Source: Acidobacteriota bacterium
GTDB taxonomy: Bacteria; Acidobacteriota; UBA6911; RPQK01; JAJDTT01
Direction: 5' to 3'
DNA length: 64,000 bases
Assembly (NCBI GenBank): GCA_965209055.1
Contig: OZ242374.1
Location: 4,320,001 to 4,384,000, forward strand
The first letter of the stretch is position 1, and each line of letters begins with the position of its first letter. Under the pieces are notes generated by a model. The model saw only the letters and a list, made by a program, of their open reading frames with translations, was not told the origin of the DNA and made no database searches. This document shows, piece after piece, positions 1-8,535 of this stretch. The translations under genes and the position numbers were made by a program.

Positions 1-2
1 CC

Positions 3-992
3 GCAGCGGACTTGATCGTGTGCGTCGGAACCCGTCTTTCCGATTTCGACACCGGATCCCAATCGGGTTTTCAGCATCCGGACGTTCGCTTTATCAACAT
101 CAACGTCTGCGGCCGCGACGCCTGCAAGCAGGGAGCCTTGCCTCTCCTGGCCGATGCGAAGGAGGCGCTCGAGGCGCTCGCCCGTGCCGCTCAGGAGGCC
201 GGGATCGAGACCGAACCGTCCTATCGACGGGAGGTGGTCGAGATCTGCCGGGACTGGGAGGGAGTGTGCCGGCGCGAGGTCGAGGGGCACCAGGGCGAAG
301 TGATGCTGCAGACACAACTGGTGCGGACCTTGCAGGAAGAGTCACGGCCCGGAGATACGGTCATCGCCGCCGCCGGCAGCCCGCCCGGCGATATCCTCAA
401 ATTCTGGGACGCCACCGGCGCGCGCCATTGCCACCTGGAATTCGGCTACTCGTGCATGGGCTATGAGATGCCGGCCGGCCTCGGCGTCCGGATGGCTCAT
501 CCCGAAGGAGAGGTGGTCGTCTTCATCGGCGACGGAACCTACCTGATGAACCCCACCGAGCTGGTCACGGCAGTCCAGGAAAGCCTCAAGCTGACGGTCG
601 TCGTCAGCGAGAACCGGGGTTATCAATGCATCCGCGGGCTGCAGGAACTGCGCTCCGGACAGGCGTTCGGCAATGAATTTCGCCGGCGCAATCCCGAAAC
701 GGGACGGCTCGACGGGGACTACCTGAAGATCGACTACGCCGGGAACGCGGCGTCCATGGGGGCCAGGACGTTCAACGTGTCGACCAGGGAGGAGCTGCAA
801 CGGGCCCTTCGCCAAGCGAGGGAGGAAACCGGAACCTGCGTCATCGTGGTCCGGACCGCCCGGGATGCCACCTCGCCCCCCTCAGGCCTCTTCTGGGACT
901 TCATGGTGGCTGAGGTCAGCAACGATCCGCTGACGCGGGAACTACGCAGGCAATACGATGAAGAACGCCGGTTCCAGCGGTTCCACTATTAG
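3..992 (+). CDS. iolD: 3D-(3,5/4)-trihydroxycyclohexane-1,2-dione acylhydrolase (TPP-dependent), 5'-truncated by window edge
   Basis: Motifs VGTRLSDF, AAAGSPPGD, HLEFGYSCMGYE and TPP-binding GDGTYLM typical of IolD; frame open to window start. Confidence 0.88.
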   Translation, partial: AADLIVCVGTRLSDFDTGSQSGFQHPDVRFININVCGRDACKQGALPLLADAKEALEALARAAQEAGIETEPSYRREVVEICRDWEGVCRREVEGHQGEVMLQTQLVRTLQEESRPGDTVIAAAGSPPGDILKFWDATGARHCHLEFGYSCMGYEMPAGLGVRMAHPEGEVVVFIGDGTYLMNPTELVTAVQESLKLTVVVSENRGYQCIRGLQELRSGQAFGNEFRRRNPETGRLDGDYLKIDYAGNAASMGARTFNVSTREELQRALRQAREETGTCVIVVRTARDATSPPSGLFWDFMVAEVSNDPLTRELRRQYDEERRFQRFHY

Positions 993-1150
993 CAGTCCGT
1001 GGTGAAAGTCTCGCGAGCACCGAGACCGTTCCTGCGCCCGCCGGACAAGGCGCTTACGGCGCGCATACCGGGAGTATGTGCCCGAATCGCAACGCAGTCC
1101 GCCGGGATGCAGGGACGGTCGAATGCCGTGACGACTTTTGCCACGGGCTG
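993..1150. mobile_element. MITE-like non-coding element with 18-bp imperfect terminal inverted repeats and TTAG direct repeats
   Basis: Left end CAGTCCGTGGTGAAAGTC (993-1010) vs reverse complement of right end CAGCCCGTGGCAAAAGTC (1133-1150), 15/18 identical; TTAG at 989-992 and 1151-1154; related copy at 37859-37967. Confidence 0.65.
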
Positions 1151-2650
1151 TTAGGCATCGGAAATCGGACGGATCCGTTTCCACCGGGATGCGACCAGCA
1201 TGGATCCCGAGAGCAGCACCGCCAGGATCACGAATCCGCGGATCTGATCGTAGTCCCAGATGGCCTTGAGTCCCATGGCGGTGAAGGCGAGCCCGGCCAC
1301 CAGGTTGGCGGCCGCCAGGAAACGGGGCATCCTCAATTTCTCCGGCAGAAACTTCCAATCCGACCAGATGTTGGCCAGGCAATAGAAGCCGCAGAGCAGT
1401 ACACCCGTGTAGATGCCGGCGGGGGTCACGATGTCCAGGAGATCCACCTGGGGGAAGAGCCGCGTCAACCAGAGGATGCCCAGGCCTCCCAGCAGGATCC
1501 AGAGAATGGTGGCCCATCGCAGTCTCGAATTGTCCAGCTCCGAGCGGGTCTTCCCCAGGGTCAACCCGAACTCGTACAAGAGCCGGTACGTCACCTCCGG
1601 GCCGCCGTAGAGGATTCCGAAGAAGGCGAAAAAGACGCCGATCTTGTAGAGAGGCAGCAGCCACGGACTCAATGTGGTGAGGAAGGTGGCCTGGTAATTG
1701 AGGAGGTTGACTCCGTCCGGAACCAGGTAGTGAGGCTGCAGGAGAACGGTTCCCAGAATCGAGAAGCAGGCGGCGACCAGCACGATCATGGCGAAGCTGA
1801 CCACGGTATCGATGACCGCTGCCCGAACCCAGAGTCGCGCCGGATCATCGGGACGAGCCGCGGCCTTCGCCAACCGGGCCGATGTGACCGGACCGCAGGC
1901 GCTGTGACCCCACTTCTTCTCCCGCAGGAAGGAAACGTACGCCAGGTAGTCGTAACTCTGGCCTCCGAGGGCAGCGGCATAGACCATGATCTCCAGCCAA
2001 GGGGAGCGGGCCGCCATTTCCGGCAGCTCCCGCGCAAGCCACTCGGGATAGGTCAAGGCGACTGGCACCAGGAAACCTTCGAACACCTTCCACCAGTCGG
2101 GCCGAACGTGGAAGACGGCGACGAGGATGCAGCTCACCGTCACGCCCAGAATCAACATCTGCGCCTTTTCCAGGAATTGGTAGCGGCCGACGGCCAGGAG
2201 CAGAAGGGCGACCGCCACCCAGAGACTCGCCCAGGCGTGGAGGCTTCCCACGCCGAAGATCCAGGTGCAGATGGTCCCCAGCACGCCTTCCAGGAAGCAC
2301 AGCCAGAGCGGCGAGCAGACCACCGCCACCGCGACCATGAACAGGTTCATCCATCCGGGAGGACCGGGGATGGAACTCCAACGCCGGCACGGATGGCCTC
2401 CGGTCAGGATCATGTGGCGCATGCTGGTGTAGACCAGGATCCACTTGAGCAGGGCGATGAGCAGCAGGACCCAGAGGATCCGGTATCCGAAGACGGAGCC
2501 GGTTCGGGAAGGGAAGAAGATTTCTCCGCTGCCGATGTTGACCGAAGCGATGATGGCGCCGGGACCGAAGAAGGCCAGCCAGCGAAGGGGGCTCCGGGAA
2601 AGCAACGAAGGCGGAGGCGGGGGAAACCCTGGTTTGGAATCTTCGGGCAT
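1151..2650 (-). CDS. NRAMP-like (MntH/YcsG-related) membrane transporter
   Basis: N-terminal FFGPGAIIASVNIGSGE motif, many hydrophobic segments, 499 aa. Confidence 0.72.
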   Translation of the reverse strand: MPEDSKPGFPPPPPSLLSRSPLRWLAFFGPGAIIASVNIGSGEIFFPSRTGSVFGYRILWVLLLIALLKWILVYTSMRHMILTGGHPCRRWSSIPGPPGWMNLFMVAVAVVCSPLWLCFLEGVLGTICTWIFGVGSLHAWASLWVAVALLLLAVGRYQFLEKAQMLILGVTVSCILVAVFHVRPDWWKVFEGFLVPVALTYPEWLARELPEMAARSPWLEIMVYAAALGGQSYDYLAYVSFLREKKWGHSACGPVTSARLAKAAARPDDPARLWVRAAVIDTVVSFAMIVLVAACFSILGTVLLQPHYLVPDGVNLLNYQATFLTTLSPWLLPLYKIGVFFAFFGILYGGPEVTYRLLYEFGLTLGKTRSELDNSRLRWATILWILLGGLGILWLTRLFPQVDLLDIVTPAGIYTGVLLCGFYCLANIWSDWKFLPEKLRMPRFLAAANLVAGLAFTAMGLKAIWDYDQIRGFVILAVLLSGSMLVASRWKRIRPISDA

Positions 2651-2720
2651 GGGCGTCAGTATAAGGCGGCGTGCGCGTCGTGGTGAAATCTGTATTGGGA
2701 ATCAACGGAGTGAACGAATC

Positions 2721-4295
2721 ATGAGATACCGGGTGGGAACCCTCGTTTTGTCTATCGGTCTCGTTGCGGCGGTCGCGGAAGCGGCCTCCCACAAACCGCT
2801 GAAGATCGGCTCGCAACGGCAACTCTTCATCGACGACCACGTCGTCGAGTCGATGGAGCCGCGGGTCTACCGGCACCTGAACCAGCCGTTGAAATACCGG
2901 GACAACCCGGTGATCCGGATGGACAAGGATTGGGAACACAAGGGAGGCCTGTCCCATGGAGGCGACTGCGGACAGATCTTCTACGATCCGGACCGGAAGC
3001 TCTACCGGTTCTACGGGTTGATGGTCAACTGGGACTGGTCGCAAAAATGGATCTTCTACGCCGAATCCAAGGACGGCATCCATTGGGTCAAGCCGGGCCT
3101 GGGACAGGTGGAGTACCTCGGTTACGACACGAATTTCATCTCCCTGCCTTTCGACGCGGAGGCGGCGAGCAACACCGTCTTCCGAGATCCGGCCGCCAAG
3201 AGCGAAGACGAGCGGTTCAAGATGATCTACTTCCAGATGCGGGACGGCAAGCGAGTCATGATGCCCGCCTATTCCCGGGACGGCCTGCACTGGAAGGCCT
3301 ACGAAGTGGAGCGGCCCGTAGTCAATTTCTGGTCGGATACCAACAACAACCTGCTCTGGGACCCCAACAGGAAGCGGTACATCCTCTACCTGAGGAGTTT
3401 CAACAAGCTGAGCCGGTGGATGACTCCGGAGCCGGTCTATCCCGCAGATGCACGTGTCCGCACCGCTTCCTTCGCTACGAGTGTCGACTTTCTCAACTGG
3501 GACGCCCAACCGACGCTACGGGACGCCCCGGACCGCTTCATTGCCTTTCACGCCGACGACAAGGACCGGGTCGGGGATCGAAATTTCTACACCTTGGAAG
3601 TGCTCCCCTACGAGGAGGGATACGTCGGATTCACCTCCGTCTACCACACCATGTTCGGGACCGCGCCGTCAGCCATGGATACCGGCAACGCCCAGTCCCC
3701 CTGGATGGAGAAGATGGACGTGCAACTGCTCTGGAGCCGGGACGCGGAGCGATTCCAGCGGGTCGGCGACCGGCGGGTCTTCATCCCCAACGGGCCGCCG
3801 GGAACCTGGGATGAGCACCTGGTCTATGCGGTCCACAACGGGATCGTCCGCGAAGACCTGGGCGAGATCTGGATCTACTACGAGGGATTTCGCGGGCACC
3901 ACTGGTTCTACCATCGCCAGGAGCCCCAACTGGGACAGGTCGGCCTGGCCATCCTCCGGCTCGACGGCTTCGTGAGCGTGACCGGGAAGGGAGCCCTGAC
4001 CACGCGTCCCCTCCTGCTCGAAGGAAACCGTCTCAAGATCAACGCCACCGGAGTGGACAGGTTCGTGGGTCCCGGCTACGGGATCGTGAGGATCGAGGTC
4101 CTGGACGCCGCTACGGGCAAAACAGTGACCGGATTCGGAAAAGAGGAATCGGACGCCTTCGGCGGGGACGAGATCGGATATACGGCGAGCTGGCAGGGCA
4201 AGTCGGATCTGAGCTCCCTGCGGGGAAAAGCGGTGCGGCTGCGGTTCCACCTGGACAAGGCCAAGCTCTTCTCCTTCTGGGTCGATCAGGAATGA
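2721..4295 (+). CDS. Secreted protein, probable five-bladed beta-propeller glycoside hydrolase-like fold
   Basis: Signal peptide MRYRVGTLVLSIGLVAAVAEA; repeated AESKDGIHW/AYSRDGLHW/ATSVDFLNW blades; C-terminal GLAILRLDGFVS; start chosen at ATG 2721. Confidence 0.6.
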   Translation: MRYRVGTLVLSIGLVAAVAEAASHKPLKIGSQRQLFIDDHVVESMEPRVYRHLNQPLKYRDNPVIRMDKDWEHKGGLSHGGDCGQIFYDPDRKLYRFYGLMVNWDWSQKWIFYAESKDGIHWVKPGLGQVEYLGYDTNFISLPFDAEAASNTVFRDPAAKSEDERFKMIYFQMRDGKRVMMPAYSRDGLHWKAYEVERPVVNFWSDTNNNLLWDPNRKRYILYLRSFNKLSRWMTPEPVYPADARVRTASFATSVDFLNWDAQPTLRDAPDRFIAFHADDKDRVGDRNFYTLEVLPYEEGYVGFTSVYHTMFGTAPSAMDTGNAQSPWMEKMDVQLLWSRDAERFQRVGDRRVFIPNGPPGTWDEHLVYAVHNGIVREDLGEIWIYYEGFRGHHWFYHRQEPQLGQVGLAILRLDGFVSVTGKGALTTRPLLLEGNRLKINATGVDRFVGPGYGIVRIEVLDAATGKTVTGFGKEESDAFGGDEIGYTASWQGKSDLSSLRGKAVRLRFHLDKAKLFSFWVDQE

Positions 4296-4353
4296 CCAGG
4301 CGAACCAAGGCCTCTACCGAGAAACCCGCATCCGCCGGAACAGGGGGATGAAA

Positions 4354-4427
4354 CGCGCCCGGCAGGGCTCGAACCTGCGGCCTTTGGTTTCGTAGACCAA
4401 CGCTCTATCCAGCTGAGCTACGGGCGC
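4354..4427 (-). tRNA. tRNA-Arg (anticodon ACG), CCA not encoded
   Basis: Reverse complement GCGCCCGTAGCTCAGCTGGATAGAGCGTTGGTCTACGAAACCAAAGGCCGCAGGTTCGAGCCCTGCCGGGCGCG folds as a cloverleaf; anticodon loop CT-ACG-AA, T-loop GGTTCGAGCC. Confidence 0.95.
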
Positions 4428-4486
4428 TTTAAGTGCCGGGAGTTTAGCAGAATCGAGCCGTGCCAGGAAGGCGCGCTCAGAGCAAT

Positions 4487-5056
4487 CTACAACGACTCTC
4501 CCAACTTGTTCTTTCGGGCCCGGTCGCGCAATGAGCCCTCCCGGTAGTATTCGTCGGGCGGAGTCCCGATGAAGACCCACCAGCAGTCCTCCTGGGTGTG
4601 ATTGTAGACCGACCGCGGCACGTCGGCTGGGAATCGGAAGGCGTCGAAGGCTTTTGCCTCGACCACGGTGTCGTCGATTCGAATCTGGCTCCGGCCCTGC
4701 ATCAGGATGTAGGTCTCTTCCGCCTGTTCGTGCGTATGGTGTCCTACCGACTGGCCCGGCTTCAGGTGACCGATGGAGAAGGCGACGTGCTCGCATTCCA
4801 AGTGGGGATCGTAGGCGCGAAGATCCCCGTTTTCGGCCTTGGGCCACGGGTGGTCCTGGTCATTGATGGGGCTCCCCGGAGTCCCCGCCGGCGGAAGCCA
4901 GTCCCATCGAACCCGCCGGGATCGCTGTTTGTGGCCCTCGGCGGTCCTCACGGCCGCCCCCGCCAGCGCCGCTTCCTTCAGGATCAGGGCCAGCGCCGAA
5001 ACTCCGGCGGCCGAAGTCTTCAAGAAACCTCTCCTTTTCTTTTCGGATCTCCACAT
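4487..5056 (-). CDS. Cupin-domain protein with twin-arginine-like signal
   Basis: KKRRGFLKTSAAG N-terminus; cupin motif GHHTHEQAEETYILMQG; GAGGAGG RBS upstream. Confidence 0.7.
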   Translation of the reverse strand: MWRSEKKRRGFLKTSAAGVSALALILKEAALAGAAVRTAEGHKQRSRRVRWDWLPPAGTPGSPINDQDHPWPKAENGDLRAYDPHLECEHVAFSIGHLKPGQSVGHHTHEQAEETYILMQGRSQIRIDDTVVEAKAFDAFRFPADVPRSVYNHTQEDCWWVFIGTPPDEYYREGSLRDRARKNKLGESL

Positions 5057-5104
5057 CTGACCTCCTCGGAACTCTTTTCCCTCGTTTGCGCCCGAGCAAT
5101 CGGT

Positions 5105-6610
5105 TTAGAAGTTCCACACGGGAATCGGTTCCCCGGCCGAGATCACCTCCTCCAGGTATGCTCCCGTGTGAGGCGTCGGGTCTTGCATATGGGTCAACTC
5201 TCCGTACTCCAGGATCCGCAGCGCGATGACGTTGCGCCACCTTCCATCGGCCAGGCGCAGGGTGACGGCCACGGGGTGGTCCACCCTCCAGGCGGTGCCG
5301 CCGGGAGCCGGTCCAAATTCCTTCCTCAGGTCCCGGGCGATCAGGGCCGGGAGCAACCCGGTCCTCTCCTCGTTCAAAGGCCAGAAACAGAGGGTTTTGC
5401 GGCTGCGTCCCCCCCAGAGAGGGCTCCCACGGGAATCCTTGACCAGCTTGATCCGGTCCAGACCCTCCATGAAGACCTCGTAGAGGTTGGCCGTCACGTA
5501 GGGGGTGCCGTCAGCGGCCTGATTCAGGACGATGGGGGCCGATGAGATCAGGCCCCGGACATGGATGATTTTGGTCCAGGTCTCACCATTGTCGCGGGAG
5601 CGCCAGACTCGGATGTCATGGTCGGCCGTCCGCGTCTCGGAAGCTTCGAAGTGCTCGGGACTCCTGCTTCCGCGGGCAGAGAAGAGGATGGACCCGTCCT
5701 GATCGCGGACCGCGCTGGCCTCGAAGCTGTTGTCCTGGCCGGTGACGGGAACGAAGGAGACGGGGCGCCATGAGCCGTCCACGCGCCTCCACCGCGCCAA
5801 CCCCGAACCGCCCGTCATTCCCGGCCGGTTGCCCTTCATGGCAAAGAGAAGATCGTCGCCGTCGGGAATCGCCGTCATCAGGCTTGCGGTCAGACGCCAG
5901 CCTGCAACCATGGATTCCTGCGAAACCCGCTCGGTATTGGCCACACTGAAGGTCTCGCCGTCATAGGCCAGTTGATGAAGCTCCAGGTAGGAGTACATCT
6001 GACTCAAATCTTCGAACACCGAGGTTTTGGGATTTCGGCCGAACATGTTCACCCCATAGGGCGGGGGACCTTCGACGGTGGTCCTCCAGGCGATGGACTG
6101 GTTGAGGCCGAAGCCGGTGCCGGCGTGGGGATGGGGCGAGCCGTCCGGCCGTTTCGCGCCGAAGGGAACGAAGCCTCCCATGACCGGGTACTTCACCATG
6201 ATGGCTTCCTGGTTGGGCGGCTTGGAATTGGGGTTGAGCTCGTTGTGGTTGCGGGTAATGGGGACGGCGCGTTCCGGGTTCAGGCCGGTGATGTCGTCGA
6301 ACGGGATCAGATCGGAGCCGTTTTCGAAGTCGGTGCCTTTCCATCCCGAAACCCGGATGTTGCAGATATACCCGCCGGTGTTGGGGCCCAACTGGATGGG
6401 CAATCCCAACTGATAGATCCAGGTCTCTCCTTCCGGGGTTTTTACGGGAAAACGCAAATCCGGGAAACCCCGCGTCACATCGATGATCCCACTATCAGGA
6501 AGAGGCGGCGTTTCTGCCGGCGGCGGCGGGGAGCCGCAAGCGGCCAGAGACCATAGGACGACGAGACTGAGCGGTTTGATCCAAGCCGAGACTTCGTGGC
6601 GTCTTGTCAT
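5105..6610 (-). CDS. Lipoprotein with BNR/Asp-box (sialidase-like) propeller
   Basis: Lipobox LAAC followed by Pro-rich linker; Asp-box RSRDNGETW; AGGAG RBS. Confidence 0.6.
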   Translation of the reverse strand: MTRRHEVSAWIKPLSLVVLWSLAACGSPPPPAETPPLPDSGIIDVTRGFPDLRFPVKTPEGETWIYQLGLPIQLGPNTGGYICNIRVSGWKGTDFENGSDLIPFDDITGLNPERAVPITRNHNELNPNSKPPNQEAIMVKYPVMGGFVPFGAKRPDGSPHPHAGTGFGLNQSIAWRTTVEGPPPYGVNMFGRNPKTSVFEDLSQMYSYLELHQLAYDGETFSVANTERVSQESMVAGWRLTASLMTAIPDGDDLLFAMKGNRPGMTGGSGLARWRRVDGSWRPVSFVPVTGQDNSFEASAVRDQDGSILFSARGSRSPEHFEASETRTADHDIRVWRSRDNGETWTKIIHVRGLISSAPIVLNQAADGTPYVTANLYEVFMEGLDRIKLVKDSRGSPLWGGRSRKTLCFWPLNEERTGLLPALIARDLRKEFGPAPGGTAWRVDHPVAVTLRLADGRWRNVIALRILEYGELTHMQDPTPHTGAYLEEVISAGEPIPVWNF

Positions 6611-6640
6611 GGGGACTCTCCTTCGGGGGACAGGGTGAAT

Positions 6641-8329
6641 CTACGCTTTGACGAACACCTCCAACTCATCGATGAGGATATCTTCGCCGGAGGACGACGA
6701 CACCTCCGTCAACGTCACTTCCAAATGGTTGTCCCCGAATACGGCGGGCGGTTCCGTCAGGTCAAACCAGAAGGTCCGCCAGTCACCCGGCAGTTCGGGC
6801 ACCGGCGGTAGACCGGAAGACTTGGTGGAGGATGGATCCACTACGCCTCGCAGGTCGGTCCGCGATTCATTGGAGCGAGCACGGATCGACCCGTCTTCGA
6901 TTCGGTTGCCGTTGATTCGGATCTCCATCCGGTCGTCCTCATCAGCTCCATAGGCACGGAAGAGGAGTGTTGCGCCTCGAGACTGGCCGAGGTGTTCGCA
7001 GACTCGAAAACGGAAAGCGCCCGTCGCCCCCGGTTTCCTTTGGAGCAGAAGACGATCCGCCTTGACCGCGCCGGTGGAGGCCCGGTCCTTGCCGAACCCG
7101 AGGCTGCCCCCCCATGACGGCTCGAAGACGTAGTGCCGGTCACCCGTCATCACCAACTCGGGTTGCCGCACGGCGGCCATTTCCCGAAGCCGCTGGGGAT
7201 AGAAGGGGGCCCAGGTCAGGGTAACGAAATGATTGTAGAAGCTGATCCCGTCCCCTCCCGCCGCGTACAGATTGGCAGCCGCCGCCCGCTGCTGATCCAG
7301 GGACATGTGTCTATTGCCCAGGCGCCTCCGCATGCGCTGGCTGGTCCAGGGAAGCATTCCGGGATAGAGGAGGCAGTTGCCGTTGTCAGTCAAACGGCGG
7401 AACTCCTCGTATTGCACGTTGGGTTCGGTGTGCATGGTGTCGTTGGGGGCGACGAAGTCGATGAGTCCCCGCGAAATCCAGGTCTCCACATCCAGACCCA
7501 GGGACCGGCATTCGTCCAGGGTCTGGAAGACGCGCGCCCCCAAGAGCAGTTTCTTCCTCCTCAGCCGTCCCTTTTCATCCAGAATGGCCCGGGTCCGCGC
7601 TACCAGGTCGGTCATCAGATGCTTTCGCTCGGGACCCTTGCCCGGCGGGAAATAGCGATGGTCCCGGAAGCAGAGTTCCAAACCGTCGACGGGGAAGCGA
7701 TCGACCAACCGGCCCATGACGTCGACGACGTAGTCCCGAACCTGGGGAAACGTGAAGTCCAACGGAGTGCTGAGCTTATAGTAGGGTCCTGGCGGCAGCT
7801 CCCGGATCTGCCATTCGGGGTGGTCGACGAGAAAACTGGCTCCCGCGCCGACGCCTTGCTCGACGGAGATGTGGCCATGGTTGTCGTTGATCCGGATCCC
7901 CGCCAGGAACTCCATTCCCCGCCTGTGGCACTGGTCCAGCAGGACCTCCAGGGGCTGAACCCCACGCTCCAGAAGGGGAAGGAACCGGCGGTGCTGAGGC
8001 CGGGCGTCATACTCCAGCCCCTCCTCCCGCCAATAGGTGGTCCAACCTTGAGTGTAGGCTTCCTGAATAAAGACATCGACCCGGGCCTCGGAAAGCTGAT
8101 CCACCCAAGCCCGAATCGACTCCTCCGGCGCCGGATCGGGAAGATAGTTCATCGCGACGCTGGACGGATCGCTGACATAGATGATCCGTCGAGAACCTCT
8201 GGGTGCGTAGTCTTTCAACGGTGAGCCGGCACTGGAGGGCCGGGTTGCCGATCCGCCAGAGACCCCTCCCGCAGCCACTCCGGCAGCCGTGGTGGCAACG
8301 AAACTCCGCCTGTTCATCCTTTGTGGCAC
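6641..8329 (-). CDS. Tat-exported glycoside hydrolase-like family 10 (DUF187-like TIM-barrel) protein
   Basis: MNRRSFVATTAAG Tat motif; CHRRGMEFLAGIRINDNH, LDFTFPQVRDY, VDGLELCF patterns; AGGAGG RBS before GTG. Confidence 0.62.
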   Translation of the reverse strand: MPQRMNRRSFVATTAAGVAAGGVSGGSATRPSSAGSPLKDYAPRGSRRIIYVSDPSSVAMNYLPDPAPEESIRAWVDQLSEARVDVFIQEAYTQGWTTYWREEGLEYDARPQHRRFLPLLERGVQPLEVLLDQCHRRGMEFLAGIRINDNHGHISVEQGVGAGASFLVDHPEWQIRELPPGPYYKLSTPLDFTFPQVRDYVVDVMGRLVDRFPVDGLELCFRDHRYFPPGKGPERKHLMTDLVARTRAILDEKGRLRRKKLLLGARVFQTLDECRSLGLDVETWISRGLIDFVAPNDTMHTEPNVQYEEFRRLTDNGNCLLYPGMLPWTSQRMRRRLGNRHMSLDQQRAAAANLYAAGGDGISFYNHFVTLTWAPFYPQRLREMAAVRQPELVMTGDRHYVFEPSWGGSLGFGKDRASTGAVKADRLLLQRKPGATGAFRFRVCEHLGQSRGATLLFRAYGADEDDRMEIRINGNRIEDGSIRARSNESRTDLRGVVDPSSTKSSGLPPVPELPGDWRTFWFDLTEPPAVFGDNHLEVTLTEVSSSSGEDILIDELEVFVKA

Positions 8330-8535
8330 TTATCTTTCCTCCTGCTTACAGAATTCGCGAAACGAGTGTTCGGGGGGACGCTGGGTGACCATTGGCCGAG
8401 CCGAGAATATCACAGCAATTCGTATGCCTTCCGTTTCCACATTGGCTGAGAAAGGGCGATATGCTGTAGGAGCCTTGAGCTCGCATGGATGGATGAGTCA
8501 GGATCAGCGTGCGAGCCTGCCGAGACTTGACGATC

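Noticed and set aside
4354-4427. tRNA-Arg as an integration site of a genomic island
   Set aside because: No duplicated tRNA 3' end or integrase seen in the window
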